From Paraspadella gotoi (lineage: Eukaryota; Animalia; Chaetognatha), in NCBI GenBank assembly GCA_051294375.1, contig CM119267.1, forward strand, positions 9,853,458 to 9,917,457: DNA of 64,000 nt, read 5' to 3'. Below are positions 12,221-24,332 of this stretch, piece by piece (position 1 is the stretch's first letter; each line of letters begins with the position of its first letter). A program made the position numbers and the translations under genes. The notes beneath the pieces are model-generated. The model did not search any database. It worked only from the letters and a program-made list of their open reading frames with translations, and had not been told where the DNA came from.

Positions 12221-15200
12221 TTAATTACCATATCCATTACCATAAGCTCTCTCCGTCTCCTGCGAAAAAACGCCCCTTCCATGTCCGTAATCCATGACTC
12301 TGGGGTGACTGGCGGGCTCGGCCTCGGCCTGCATCCCGGGGATTTCCGGTTTGACGTCCTGGGCGTTCCAATCGCCGCCGGGTTCGCCTCCCCAGTGGCC
12401 GTCCCCGTTCTCGCCGCCGTCGTACTCCCTCGCGCGCATCATCTCCTCCTGGTCCATCATCTCGTTCATCTCTTGCTGCATGCGAAGTCGTCGGGCTTCG
12501 GCCTCCGGGTCGGCGTCGGCGTCGGCCGGTTCTGTCTTCACTTCCGGCCGATCGCGCCTCTCCCGGGAACGGCTCCGACGGCGTTTCCGGTCGCGAGAAC
12601 GGCTCCGCTTCCTCTTGCGATCCCGACTGCGACTCCTCTTGCGGTCGCGATCACGATCGCGGTCCTTCTTACCGCCGTCCTCGGTCGGGGGCGCTACTGG
12701 CGTCCCGTCCTCGTTCATTTCGATCTTCGTGACTTCGACCTCGGTTCCGTCCTCGTTTCTACCCGCGCGATCCTTGGAACGAGATCGTCGTCGTCGATCG
12801 CGTTCTCGACTTCCGCCGCGATCCCTATCTCGCGCCCCGCGTTCCCGGCCACGTTCGCGGTCCCTGTCGCGGTCGCGCCGTTCTCGAGATCTGGAACGTC
12901 GGCGTTCGAGGGGTGGTCGGTCCCGTGGTCGATCGCGACCTCGATCCCGATCGCGCATATCGTCGTGTATCGGGTGAAACTCTTCGCGACCTAAAAAAGA
13001 AAAAAAACGAGATAATAGAAACATACGTACTTAAAACAAAGTTCTTGGTAATTTTTTTTTTTTGCTGTTTACCTGAATATTTGGTGCAGATCTCCGGCGG
13101 TCCTTTGCGTGTACCGCCGAGGCCGCCACCCAACCTCCGTGGAAGCCATCCTTTGACCGTTCTCGCTCTCTCCACATCCACCAAAACTCGACGCCCGTCT
13201 ATTTTCTTACCATCCGCGTGTTTGTAGGCAGCTGGGAAGCGAGGAGGCGATAACAATACCAGTTATTGCGGAAGTTAAGTCGGTTTCCGCGAGATGATCA
13301 CCCAGGACGAATTTTAAATAAAAATACTTGAACTTACCGCACGAGAGAGAGAGAAAGGGAGAGAGAAAAGGGAGAGAAAGAGAAAAGGGAGGGAGAGAGA
13401 GAAAAGGGAGGGAGAGAGGAAAAGGGAGGGAGAGAGAGAAAAGGGAGGGAGAGAGAGAAAAGGAGGGAGAGAGAGAAAGGAGGGAGAGAGAGAAAAAAAG
13501 GGAGAAGAGAGAAAGGAGAGAGGGGGGGGGGGGAGAGGAGAGAGAGAGAGGAGGAGAGTAGAGAGAGAGAGAGAGAGAGAGAGAGACTATCTTTATATGT
13601 ATTAGACAATTCAACTCATGGTATCAAAGAAGAGCGCTCTCCACCGCTTTTCAAAAGCCGATTCACATAACCTTCCTGGTCTACGGAATTCTCTCTTTGC
13701 CAGAAGGGGGGGGCACCGTATTTTTTCTTCATTAGCAGGAAAAGAGTATAAAGCTATAACACTTTTTTGCCTAGACCCTAGCAACCACAACTAAACTGAC
13801 TTTGTTCCAAAAGCTTTTTAACGATATCTCACCTATATCGAAGATGGATTTCAACAGCAGATTTTTTAAAAGTTTTTGTTTGTTTGTATTTTGGGTTTGA
13901 TGGTGAAGCGAAGTGAGTTTGTGTCGCAATCCACAAAAACCCGTTGACAACCTTACATTATTCTCACCCATTATTTGGTCTTAATTCTTTTTTATATTAG
14001 CTGTCGGACTCAGCATGAAACTTACCAAAAAATGACCGATTTACAAATAAGAGTTTCAATAATATCTTGTTATAATTTTTTTTAAAAAATTTAAATTTAA
14101 AAAGTTAAAACTTTAAAAAATCAAATATATTTGAAGAAAAAAAAATATTTATCTGCATATGAACCATACTTATCTGCCTTACCATCTCCGAAATACAAAC
14201 CTACCAAACTCGAGAGAGCTGCTGATTCTTTGAAAAGCCTTTAAATCGGCCTTAACGATCATCAGTGTTTGCCATTTCTGTCACAAGATCAACAAAGAGT
14301 TGCAGGTTAATCATGTCAAATAAAAAGTTTGAGCCTAGGAAAGACCCAACGAATAAATATTTAACAATGTTTACCTGGCAACTTACCATGACCTACATTC
14401 AACTACATACAATAACATTCACAATCATCGGACCCCCGGATAGAAAACAAAAAAATAATTTGAAATTGAAACCTAGAAAACCATTTGTAACCTCCAAACG
14501 GGCAAAACAAATGTCAACGAAAAAGGCCTTAAACTTATAAATCGGACACCTTTACTGTTAAGTGTTGCTTTGTCATTGAATTTTAAAAATTTCCGAAATT
14601 TGAAATCATAAGTTTACGTAGTTGATTTTACTGCGTATGATGTATGGGCACCTTTTACACAATACTCGTTTTTTGATTTCAAAACTTTTCATATATGGAA
14701 AGGTCTACTGCGTATCTTTTTTGGTTTAGGTCCAAATTCGACACTTCCGACACTCTTCAGAGGGTCACATTATTCGAGACACCACTTGTTTATGTAAATC
14801 GAAACTTCAGACCCGTTACTTATCATTATAATTTATATGGCCTACATATTTTTTTTATCATGATTTGAACATAGATCGATCCGTGGGTCCGATCAATAAG
14901 CAGAGGTAAGCAATTAAAGAACCATCGACTTACAGTGCATGTCCCGCTCGTGCTCATACTCGATGAAGGCGTAGCCCCTGGGCTTGCCAGAGTTGGCGTC
15001 GTTGACCATTCGAATCCTCTTGATGGGACCGTAGGTCTCGAACTCACGACGAAGCTTGGACTCGGACGAGTCGTAGTTGATTCGTCCCACGAAGAGAGTC
15101 TTAAAAGGGTCGCCGCTGGCGTTGGTGTCCGTGTGGGGATCCCAAAGAGCCAAGTCCTTGAGAAGAAGAGGGAAAGACCCGGAATAAACTACTACGAATG

Positions 15201-15590
15201 ATATTAATAGGGGAGAATAAATTAAAAAAAATCACCTGCTCCAACTTGTACTCGTTGGCTTCGGCTTTCTCCTTTCGTTTCCTCTCGAGTCGCTCCTCGC
15301 GAGTCTCCGATCGAGTCGGGTCAGGGGTGTCGGCGGGATCCTCGAAATTAGCCAAAAACGCACCGACTCCATGGTATGGGTCTCGTCGTTTTTCGTGGGT
15401 TAGCTTACCGACTGCGAATTAAGAAGATTAAAAAAGCGCATAAAACAATATATTATTAAAATTCCAGCATCATTCAGGCCATATCGGTTACTAGAAGTAA
15501 ATTGGAGGAGTACTTACCTGGTGGTCGATAAGGAATGGGATCGCGAGGAGCGAACAAAGCGAGGAGGTTCGGGGGCAAAAACGCCGTCAT
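12221..15590 (-). CDS. SNRNP70: U1 snRNP 70-kDa protein
   Basis: Starts [20 protein letters not shown]; [13 protein letters not shown]...[15 protein letters not shown]|[39 protein letters not shown]; RD/RS-rich tail. Five exons, with a 1.7-kb intron at 13232-14933. Confidence 0.97.
13340..13590. repeat. GA-rich tract (CU-rich on the transcribed strand) in the SNRNP70 intron
   Basis: About 250 nt of almost pure purines on the + strand. Confidence 0.9.
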
Positions 15591-16507
15591 TATGTTCGCC
15601 TTACGCCAATACACCCGCTATTGATGGGTGTGGTCAGAAAATTAATGGAACTAAATATGAAAAACGCATATCAGTAACTGACACGAAATATGTATATAGG
15701 TAATATTAAACACGACGTATTACGAAATGACGTATTTAGCAGCAATTGTAAAGAAAAGAGACGTAAAAAGTCACTGGTCCAAGATATTGTCAAAAGTCGA
15801 TAAAAATTGTTTTCGTTGCAATTCATAGGAACAATTGGCTTCTTTTTTGGCTTTAAGGTTTATTAATCTCAAACGTCATAGCATCAGGAATCTGAAATCT
15901 GAGAGAAATGAAAGGCAGGCATAATGGAAGCGACGGGAATCGTAGAGGCGCTGATCTGGACAATGATGAAAACAAGAGGCTCGTTAGACTGAGCGCTTAC
16001 AGTCACTTAGAGGTAGAAGCTTAAGGCTTATAGTTATAGGTACACTGACAGACTGAACCGTCTGAGTGAATACTTAAGTATAACTAAACTAACAAATCTG
16101 GATTTCTTGCAAAAAGTTAACTTAAGAAAGTATAATTCTTTTTTAAAAATTATTTCAAGTTTATTTCAAGTTGGTTAAAAATATAAAAACTATATTTAAG
16201 ACGCCGATTTTTAATTTTCGGTTTAAAAATATAGTTTTTTAAAAATTTTAACCTACTTAATAACAATCTTTGAAAAAGATTTATCTTTTATCAACTTTTA
16301 ACGAAAAATCTGAATCTGTTCTCAGAATTAAAAAAAAAAATTTAAATTTTGACATTATATATTTTGTCATTAACTATACACAAAATAAGCTGACTGGGCT
16401 ACTATATTTATAAAAAAACAAACTACAGATTAATATTAACTAATATAATAGTTTTTAAAATATAACTGCTAAATTTTGATTCCAAACTTTCACTTCACTC
16501 TAATATA

Positions 16508-16816
16508 CAGGTAGGTCCAGGTCTATTGGGACTAACTTCAAGCGCTTACAGCTCGATAACGGTTTATGGTATAAGAAAAAAGGGAATATAGGTTAATTTC
16601 CCTATCAATCGATACTTTTTACATAACTCTTTACAAAACTTTAGGAAATTTTTGCACAACTCAAGAAGAAAGGCAACTTCTGAAATTTGACCGCGGAGTT
16701 TCTCTGACTGTAATCCCCCTGTATATGCCGCCTTTTCTTGGTTTTCTTGGTTTTACATATATTGTATTTTATTTTATTTATTTTAAACTTAGTTCCCAAA
16801 GATATGGACCTCCTTG
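16508..16816. mobile_element. Tc1/mariner-like MITE
   Basis: TA|caggtaggtccaggtctattgggactaa ... ttagttcccaaagatatggacctccttg|TA: imperfect TIRs with TA flanks. Confidence 0.7.
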
Positions 16817-17290
16817 TAAATTATTTCTAATTTCTATTAATTCTTCGCAGTGATTAAGGCCAGGGATCAGTCAATTTTAACTAGATACCTCATATGAGAG
16901 CTAATTTTAATTGATTTTTTTATATATTTTTATGCCAGTCCCTGGAGGATGATGTCAATATTCACTTGCAAAAAACCGTTTTAAAATTCCTACAATAGTT
17001 TCCGAGATATGGTCATAAACGTCAGCCTTCAAAGGCAAAATTTATCAGAATAAAATTTTCGAGTTTCTCTAAAGATTTCTGACGCGCTAGTACTAACTAT
17101 TTAAAAAAAAGAGGAAACGTTTTGCTGATTTCTTAAAGCAAAAGCCATAAATGAGCAAGACAATGTGTACATCTGAAAGTGATAGGTCTCTAGATGACAA
17201 AATTTTTTTCTTTAAGTATTATTTTAAAATTAAAGTATTGTACCAATAGGATTAAGTGAGATACTCCCGCTTTGCCGAAATTTTTATTTA

Positions 17291-17935
17291 ACAAAGATTT
17301 GTACTGCGTAGTTCAAATCCTTAGTTCTCCGATTGTAAAAAAAGTTATTTTCTTGGATAACTTTTGAAAGAAAAGAGATAGCAAGGTGAGTGTGGTATCA
17401 AATTAAAGCCCTAATCATGGGACACCTTTCTCAAAGAGTTTAATTAAATTTCATATATAAATCTTTACACAGCTTTTGTTTAAATCATAGTTAAAAGTAT
17501 AACAATTTTTTGTGTTAAAAATTGCGATGAAGGCATATGAATTTTTTTGTTTTTCTTTTGTGATTTGAAAAAGGGAAGACTGAATTACATTTTGATTACC
17601 ATTAAATTTTCTCTACTGCATAAAATTGCTTGTATTTTTCAGTTAAAGTAAAAAACAAGCAAAAATTTATGTAGTAGCTTGATAAAATGTCTTTTTAAAT
17701 ATGAAAAATGATAAATACAAAAATGTTTTAAGCTTGATATAAACAGTCTGGACATCGACCTTCTTGCCTGTGAAAAAAAAATCGTCACTTTTCATTATCT
17801 TCAACTGCAAACAAAAAGCTTGACAAACTGCTTGTTTATCATAATAAAAATTTAAAAAATTACATAGCTGGCGACATATTTGACAAAGCAAGACATCATT
17901 GTGTTAAATTGTATTGATAATTTCTTTTAAATAGA
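17291..17935 (+). repeat. Dispersed repeat family B, copy 1
   Basis: Reverse-complement match to 42795-43387; both copies give the ORF fragment KQAVCQAFCLQLKIMK.DDFF. Confidence 0.85.
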
Positions 17936-18237
17936 AAAAAAGAGAAATTTTTATATCTTTCTTTTTATTTCTTCTTAAATCAAAATTTCAGCGAAGGAAA
18001 AAAAAAATAAAATCTACTCATCTTGAATGTCATCGTTTACTGACTAAAAGGTAGAATTTTTAATTCGCCCTTTTGCCCCCAAGCCCCTAGACATGGAAGT
18101 GCCCAAAACTTTAAAAAACATTTTTACTTGATGTGCATACAAGGCGGAACCCGCATTCTGAATTTTTGTATTTTCCCTTTCAAACATATTAAATAAAAAT
18201 AATTATTTGCGAGATGTTTGACATTGACAATGCCGCT

Positions 18238-18434
18238 GGTAAGGCTTCGTTACCCCACTTCCCGAATGAATTTTTAAACGAGGTTTTTTTTCCGTCTATT
18301 TGAGACATAACACTAACTTTTGGTATTACTAGTTTTTCAATTTACACAATCTACTTCCCGTAATCAGCGAAACGTTTAGCGTGTCAAAAAAATAGGGTAA
18401 AAAAAGAGTAAAACGTTCTGACAAATTTAAAAAT
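18238..18434 (-). repeat. Dispersed repeat family C, uninterrupted copy (empty site)
   Basis: Reverse complement matches 40998-41142 joined to 41933-41983. Confidence 0.8.
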
Positions 18435-19303
18435 CGATGGAGGAATCTATTTTAACATTACGAGAACTTTATATACTATATTAAAATTTAAATACCCCTT
18501 CGCATCTCTCTCGTAAGTATTCCAGAAAAAATGAATGGTTTTTTCCCAAAATTTGGAATATAAGTATTTTTAATTTCCCAGTAAAAACTGTTTCTTTAGG
18601 GTATGCTCAATTTTTACAACCATTTTTTTTCTTTTGGTAAACCTAGATTTTTAAGTTAAGACTGTTTTTAAAGAGAAAATTCTGAGTTGCAATGACGTCA
18701 TCGCATGTCTCGACTATGATGTTGTTCATAAAAATACGCTACTCCGTTTGGACTCCAACTCTTCTGATAGGTTTCTTTTATTTTATATAGTAATAAAAAG
18801 ATCGAATAAATGGCAATAGATTTGAAAAAAAGAGAAAGTGAATACATTTTCAGAATCGTCAGGTCTACTTTCTGAATATCTGCTCGGTTTCAGTGTATTT
18901 CGAAGTTTAAATTGTTGTGTTCATTCAAAAATATCTCAATTAATTCTGCTTGACGACCTTTTATTGCTAGAAGATACTATATGGTCAAAAGGACAAATCT
19001 AACTCCTACATAAATTGTGTTTGTTTTACTTAATTTTCCGCAAACCAATTACTAAAAAAAGGGCCATCATTTTAGTATCCAAGTGAATTGTAATAATTTA
19101 TGAAGACAAAAACAAAACAAAAAACAGCGCACGACCAATAAATTAGCCTATGAGTTAACGCTATTTATTGCTGAGCGATAATTATTTGCCTCAACTATCG
19201 CATCGTGAGCGTGTAATGCACGTCTACTAGCAGCAGTTTCTTTCTGAGCCGAACAAACAACTGGCTGCTGCGGAGAACCGTTATCAGTCAGCTCAGTAGT
19301 TTT

Positions 19304-21130
19304 TCAGGAATTACAAAGGTTTTCGGCATGCTTTTTAACATGTTTTGAGAGGTTGCTTTTGTCTACGCACTTATAGTCACACCAGTTGCAGGTGTACTTT
19401 TTTTCACCCGTGTGAATCCTTCTGTGTGATTCCATATTGCGTTTTTCTGCAAATTTTTTTTCACAAAAGTCGCACTTATAATCTTTTCGTAGTTCGTGAA
19501 CTGTTCGTTTGTGTCGAAGGAGTCCACTACGGTTAAAAAACTGCATGGTGCAGCTCTCGCACACGTGATCTCGCTTCCCCTATTACATAAAGAACGGCAA
19601 CGATTAAAGGCAACCTATAAGTGATTTGAACAGTTCGTTCTTTAACCTGATGAACTGCTTGTTCGTGTTTCGTTAAATCTCTGTTATTAACGGTCGCGTA
19701 AGAACATAGTTGACACTGAAATTGCGAACTTGTTAACAGTTAAGAAATTAACAAATTACTGACAGGGTCACACACCTTGAAGGGTTTATTCTTTGTATGA
19801 GCATCTTGGATATGCCGTTTTAAAATACATTTTAGCGGAAACTAAAGAATTAAAGTGTGTTAAAAACAGATTATTTGTAGGATGTGCTCATATAGCACTA
19901 ACCGACTAAGACATCCATTTCACCTTTTTGTTGCACGATTCACATTCAAAGGGACGGGAATTAGAGTGTCGAACTTTGACATGAAGATTATGCTTTCCCT
20001 TGGATGTAAAGCCGCGACCGCAAAACCCGCAACTAAATTTGATCTCCGTGCTGTGTACTGCTCGTTCGTGGGAGTGCAACGTTCCTGGCAACCGAAAAAT
20101 AATTTCTACAAAAGATGCCTTCGAGCCCAATAAATCATCTTAACGTAAAACCTAAGGTGGCAAAGTGTTTGTGGCACTTTTCGCAAGAAAAGGGTGTCTC
20201 GCCGACTCCGTGAACCTGAGCCTGGTGAATCTTGAGAGTCTGCTTCTTGGGATAAGCCTTGTCACACTCTGGATAGTCGCATCGGAACTTCGCCGATTCT
20301 TCATTGTGCTTTAGAAGAATGTGATCAACATAATTTTGATTCGTCCGGAATTCATCTGTACACAGAGGACAGAAAATAGTTTTCGGTTTTCTTCCGGGTT
20401 TTTTGCGGTTCTTTTTGCGATGCTTATTTTTCGAACTGACATTTGAGTCAACTCCACGAGATGGGCCATCTTTGGCTAAATCGACTGACCCAACAACAGT
20501 GGCTCCAACATCAACGGAGGCATGTGGAGGTGGTTTGGCGGAGGTAAGAGGTTCCTTAGCAGAATTTTCGAATCCAACCTCTTTTTCAGATATTTTCGCC
20601 TTCGCGAAATCCTGACACGCGGCACAAGTGGGCGTTCCTTGCGCGTCAATTGTCCAATCAACGGCGTCCGTCGTCCCGCATGTGAAGCATTTTAAGATCA
20701 TTTTTTCCCGCAAGGCACGCTCTGCTGGATCATCGCTCTCTAGATTCAGGGAATCCCGGGTTCCGTCGAAGCATTGAAGCAGCTGCACTACTTGTCGCGC
20801 ATTGGAAAGTGACAACGTCATCAGGAACTCTGGCTCCGACTGCACCGTATGTGGGGTCTTGCGAAAAAGCTCGCAGGGAAAGGAGGGATCTGATGCGTTG
20901 GTGGGCGCTTTTTCGATGTTTTTAAACTGAAATAAAACTGTCTGCTGCCACGAGGTCGTCCAAGAGGAAAAGTCAAACCCAGCTCGTGCGAGGACGAAGG
21001 AGAGAGGGTGGTCAGAGAGACGATGGAGGCTCCAACCAAAGGGTAAGGAGGAAGAAAAAACCGACATGAGACTAACAACTGGGTGCCCGCAGTCAGCCTC
21101 ACCGATGGAGGGGGTCGTTGAACCTTTCAT
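19304..21130 (-). CDS. C2H2 zinc-finger protein with a tandem finger array
   Basis: Multiple CxxC...HxxxH fingers and an HTGEKKY linker. Four short GT-AG introns join ORFs 20135-21130, 19906-20130 and 19304-19564 plus two small exons. Confidence 0.88.
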
Positions 21131-21661
21131 ACTCGATGACTAGAAGGAAAAGTTTGCAAAATTAAAATAGCAAAACAGATGAATGAGTCGTTAAAATAGT
21201 TAAGTTAAAGACGCTATCTACAGACCTCCCTCAACCCGAGAAAAAAACCTGTGAAATATCGACAGAATTCGCGTTCACAAGTTAGAATCTCAGGGAAAGG
21301 GCAATCGCTTTCAATAATAAATACACAAAATTTCTTCACCGATTTGGGTTTGTTTTTGTTTTTTTTGTGCCTTCCCTTTTTTAAAATTAGTTTCGTTGAT
21401 GTTATTCTAATAAAAATATAAATTGTAAAATCATTCAACAGCAACAAAAACATTAAAAGCTAAAACTGGAAAGCAAACATTTAAATAACTTTCATGTATC
21501 GATAATGGATCTGCATCCAATTATTTTAATAAATTACATGTATTAGATTAGTAACAATAAAAATAAACTCAACCAGAACCAATCGATAACAACTCAACCC
21601 AAGAAACCGCAAATGGAAGTTAAAATATGAATGGAAAAGTTTTTGGATGTAAATAAATAAT

Positions 21662-22675
21662 CTAGGCGCATGCTTCGTCGTTATTGCTGCAAATGGCTAA
21701 AGAATCGGCTAAAAACACCTTCCCGTTGCCGCACACGCACAACTGATACGCGTGGCTTGCCGTGCTGGTCTCCTCGCTGAATCTTGGCTCGACCACAGGC
21801 AAATCTACAAACCGCACGTCAGCGTCAAACTTTATCTTGCCTCCCTTCGTCGTCATAACAATATCATCTAGCGTTCGGACATTCATGCCTCCGGATTTGG
21901 CTACGACAGTGACTCCCTTAGATCCTACCAGATTGATGCAGTTCGACCTTGATACGACTTCTAAAGAGCGACCCGGCGGGGCGGTTAGCGACTTCGTTTC
22001 TATTCCATCGACGAAGTTGGAACCTCCTTCATTAACTACGTTGACTCTCTCGCCGCCTATTTCAATTGGTCTATTTCGCTGGGCGCGGAGAAGCGTCTCG
22101 CCTGAGCGGGACTTGACCCAAAAGTCGTCAACGGAGAGAACGAGGGCATCGTCGGTCAGCGTCAAACTTCCTCGCTCCCGCCCCGTCACATCCGTCGTTC
22201 TCATTGTCAAGTTACGGCTGGACTCGAGGAGGAGAGGCGATGATCCGCCGGCGATGATTTTTGTGACGCGAACCGAGCGGCGAAAACGGGCGTTGCCGTC
22301 GATGGTAATGGACTCGGTTCCCAGTTGCACGGCGCCCATGCCGCCCAAGTGAAACTTCATAACCCTAACAATCCAGATGGTGAGCGATATGTTGAGAATG
22401 GCAACCACGAGAATGAAGAGAACGAGAAGGTAAAGGAATCGCTTCCGCCACCCGTAGATTCCGATCTTGCAGTGCGCCGGGGAAGGATCAAAAAGGACTC
22501 CGTTTTCGGGGGAATCGGAAAAACGAGTGGCTGACTGCGTCAAAAAGTCAGAGGGACGACCCCCTACCCGGGGCACGTGGAGGACAGAATGTTGACTCGA
22601 GAGCGTGGCACCGCTCAGCGTTCGAGAAACTTGACCTTCGTCCAAGGCAGTTCGCGCAAAATGTTCTGGAGACAT
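21662..22675 (-). CDS. Sarcoglycan (delta/gamma/zeta family), intronless
   Basis: KIGIYGWRKRFLY followed by a transmembrane helix (LNISLTIWIVRVMKF) and C-terminal YQLCVCGNGKVFLA...C...C. Likely start ATG 22675, 2 nt after ...gttacaag. Confidence 0.92.
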   Translation of the reverse strand: MSPEHFARTALDEGQVSRTLSGATLSSQHSVLHVPRVGGRPSDFLTQSATRFSDSPENGVLFDPSPAHCKIGIYGWRKRFLYLLVLFILVVAILNISLTIWIVRVMKFHLGGMGAVQLGTESITIDGNARFRRSVRVTKIIAGGSSPLLLESSRNLTMRTTDVTGRERGSLTLTDDALVLSVDDFWVKSRSGETLLRAQRNRPIEIGGERVNVVNEGGSNFVDGIETKSLTAPPGRSLEVVSRSNCINLVGSKGVTVVAKSGGMNVRTLDDIVMTTKGGKIKFDADVRFVDLPVVEPRFSEETSTASHAYQLCVCGNGKVFLADSLAICSNNDEACA

Positions 22676-22705
22676 TACTTGTAACAAAAAAAAACAAACA
22701 AAATA

Positions 22706-22933
22706 ACATTCTTTAAATATTTTCCACTTCATTGATAGGGAAGCCAGGTACTCTGGGAGTGAATAAACGAGACTGTGAAAGAGTCTTGATTGAAAACTTG
22801 CAGGGACCTGCTATGTCATTATCTTGTAAGAGTGATGGAGGCCTTAAACCACCAAAGCCTGTCCAAAGTCAGGGGCAAGATAGCTTATTTATTAAATGAA
22901 TGGATAATTTTTATATTGGTTGTACCAATTTCA
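22706..22933 (-). repeat. Dispersed repeat family A, copy 2, filling the CRTAP-like/sarcoglycan spacer
   Basis: Reverse complement of 2241-2470. Confidence 0.85.
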
Positions 22934-22954
22934 TTTAAATCAAAGCGAATTCAA

Positions 22955-24236
22955 TTAAGTAAAAAACAAATCTTTGTAGTCCAATTCGTTCAACAGCCCG
23001 GCAATAAAATCCAGATCGCGTTTCCGCTGAAGAATAAATTTTACGGGTAGAAAGACGTTGGGTTCGGCATCGAGAGACTCGCCGAGGGAAACTTCAAAGA
23101 GTCGCAACGACGACGCGCTTCTCTTCGCACAGTCATCGTCGCCGGCTTCCGTGGCCAAAACCTCAAGGTAGTGGAGATAAATTTGCAGGTAATCTGGCCG
23201 GAATTCTCCGTTGAGAATGGAGACGCTTTCTTCGCAGAATGTCGAGCAGTTAAGGTAAAGCGAAAGATGAATACCTGACCGATTGGAATAAAAATATTAA
23301 AAAAAGGCTTCATTTGAAAAAAATAAAATTGATGAATTGCCAAACCTACCAATGTTAGAGGCTAAGTCGCCGTCTTCGGAGCCGAATTCTTGGTTTCTGT
23401 TGATGGGTTTTTGACATCGAGCGAAGCAATGGTCCAACTGATTGAAGAACTCAAAAAGACCATTTTTCATTGTCTCCAACAGGGTTTTGTCCGCCCCATA
23501 TAATTCGTAATCTTTTGCGACGGCAAGAAGGGATTTTTCGTGACGTCCGGCGTCCAGATCTTAGACAACGTTTATACAAAAATACTGATATTGCACAATT
23601 TATTTATATTTTTGGGACTGCACCTTTAAAATAAGAAGACCTAATCCCCGGCATGCTTTGAAGATTCCGCAAAGTTGACGAGGCGATAAGGTTGTCAGAG
23701 TTTCGCAAGAAGAAGGAAAGGGCATAGGAAACCGAGCGTTCGAGGTCGTTCACCCTTAATTTTTAATCAAAATTTCAAATTATAATAATTATAATTAATT
23801 ATTATTCAAGGGACGAGAGTAAGAAAGAAATCACCGAAATCGTGAGCTTTCTTTCCCGCTTTTTTTCTTTTACTAATTACTTGTAATATGCCAAGTGAAG
23901 ATGATTGTAGGGAGCTCGGCGACTGAGTTCTTCCGAAACGTTTTCCTTCGCACAACACGGAGGTCTGCAATCCAGCTCACAATTGGCCCGACGAATAATT
24001 CCGATTGTTGATTTGACATCTCTTTCATGGCCGCATTTTCGTCGACAAGAGAATAACGCACTCTCGCATTTTCGCCATTCGTACATGAGAGTTTCAAAGT
24101 ATTTTATTGACTTCGTCCAATTTTCTTCAAGGTAGAGTTCAACGGCTTCATGATATAGTTTTTCTATATTCACTTGAGCATAGACAGAACGGATGACGCA
24201 CATAACAAAAAGCGATACTATTATAAAAAACTGCAT
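22955..24236 (-). CDS. CRTAP/leprecan (P3H N-terminal) family secreted protein, 4 exons
   Basis: Signal peptide; LYHEAVELYLEENWTKSIKYFE; CxxxC motifs (CRRKC, CELDC, CFARC, CSTFC); RRAPYNHLHLAYYK. Exons splice in frame to TAA at 22955. Confidence 0.8.
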
Positions 24237-24332
24237 CCTAAATAATTTTCAAAAATAACGATAACGTACATCTTAAAAAATTATAAAATCTTTAACTACT
24301 AAAACTAAAACAGAACATAACAGGTAATAAGT

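Noticed and set aside
12122-12994. Long plus-strand ORFs (290 and 208 aa) opposite SNRNP70
   Set aside because: Antisense shadows of the GC-rich RD/RS-coding exon; no independent domain.
14010-14265. Possible C/D-box snoRNA in the SNRNP70 intron (TGATGA on the minus strand at ~14260)
   Set aside because: The nearest D box I found is about 250 nt away and there is no terminal stem.
17667-17891. ORF duplicated at 42827-43036 as a possible small gene family
   Set aside because: Both lie within repeat family B, their frames differ at the 5' end, and no domain was recognised.
22676-22732. Upstream ATG (MKWK...) as the sarcoglycan start
   Set aside because: It lies in repeat A and reads through a poly-U acceptor tract; ATG 22675 is more plausible.
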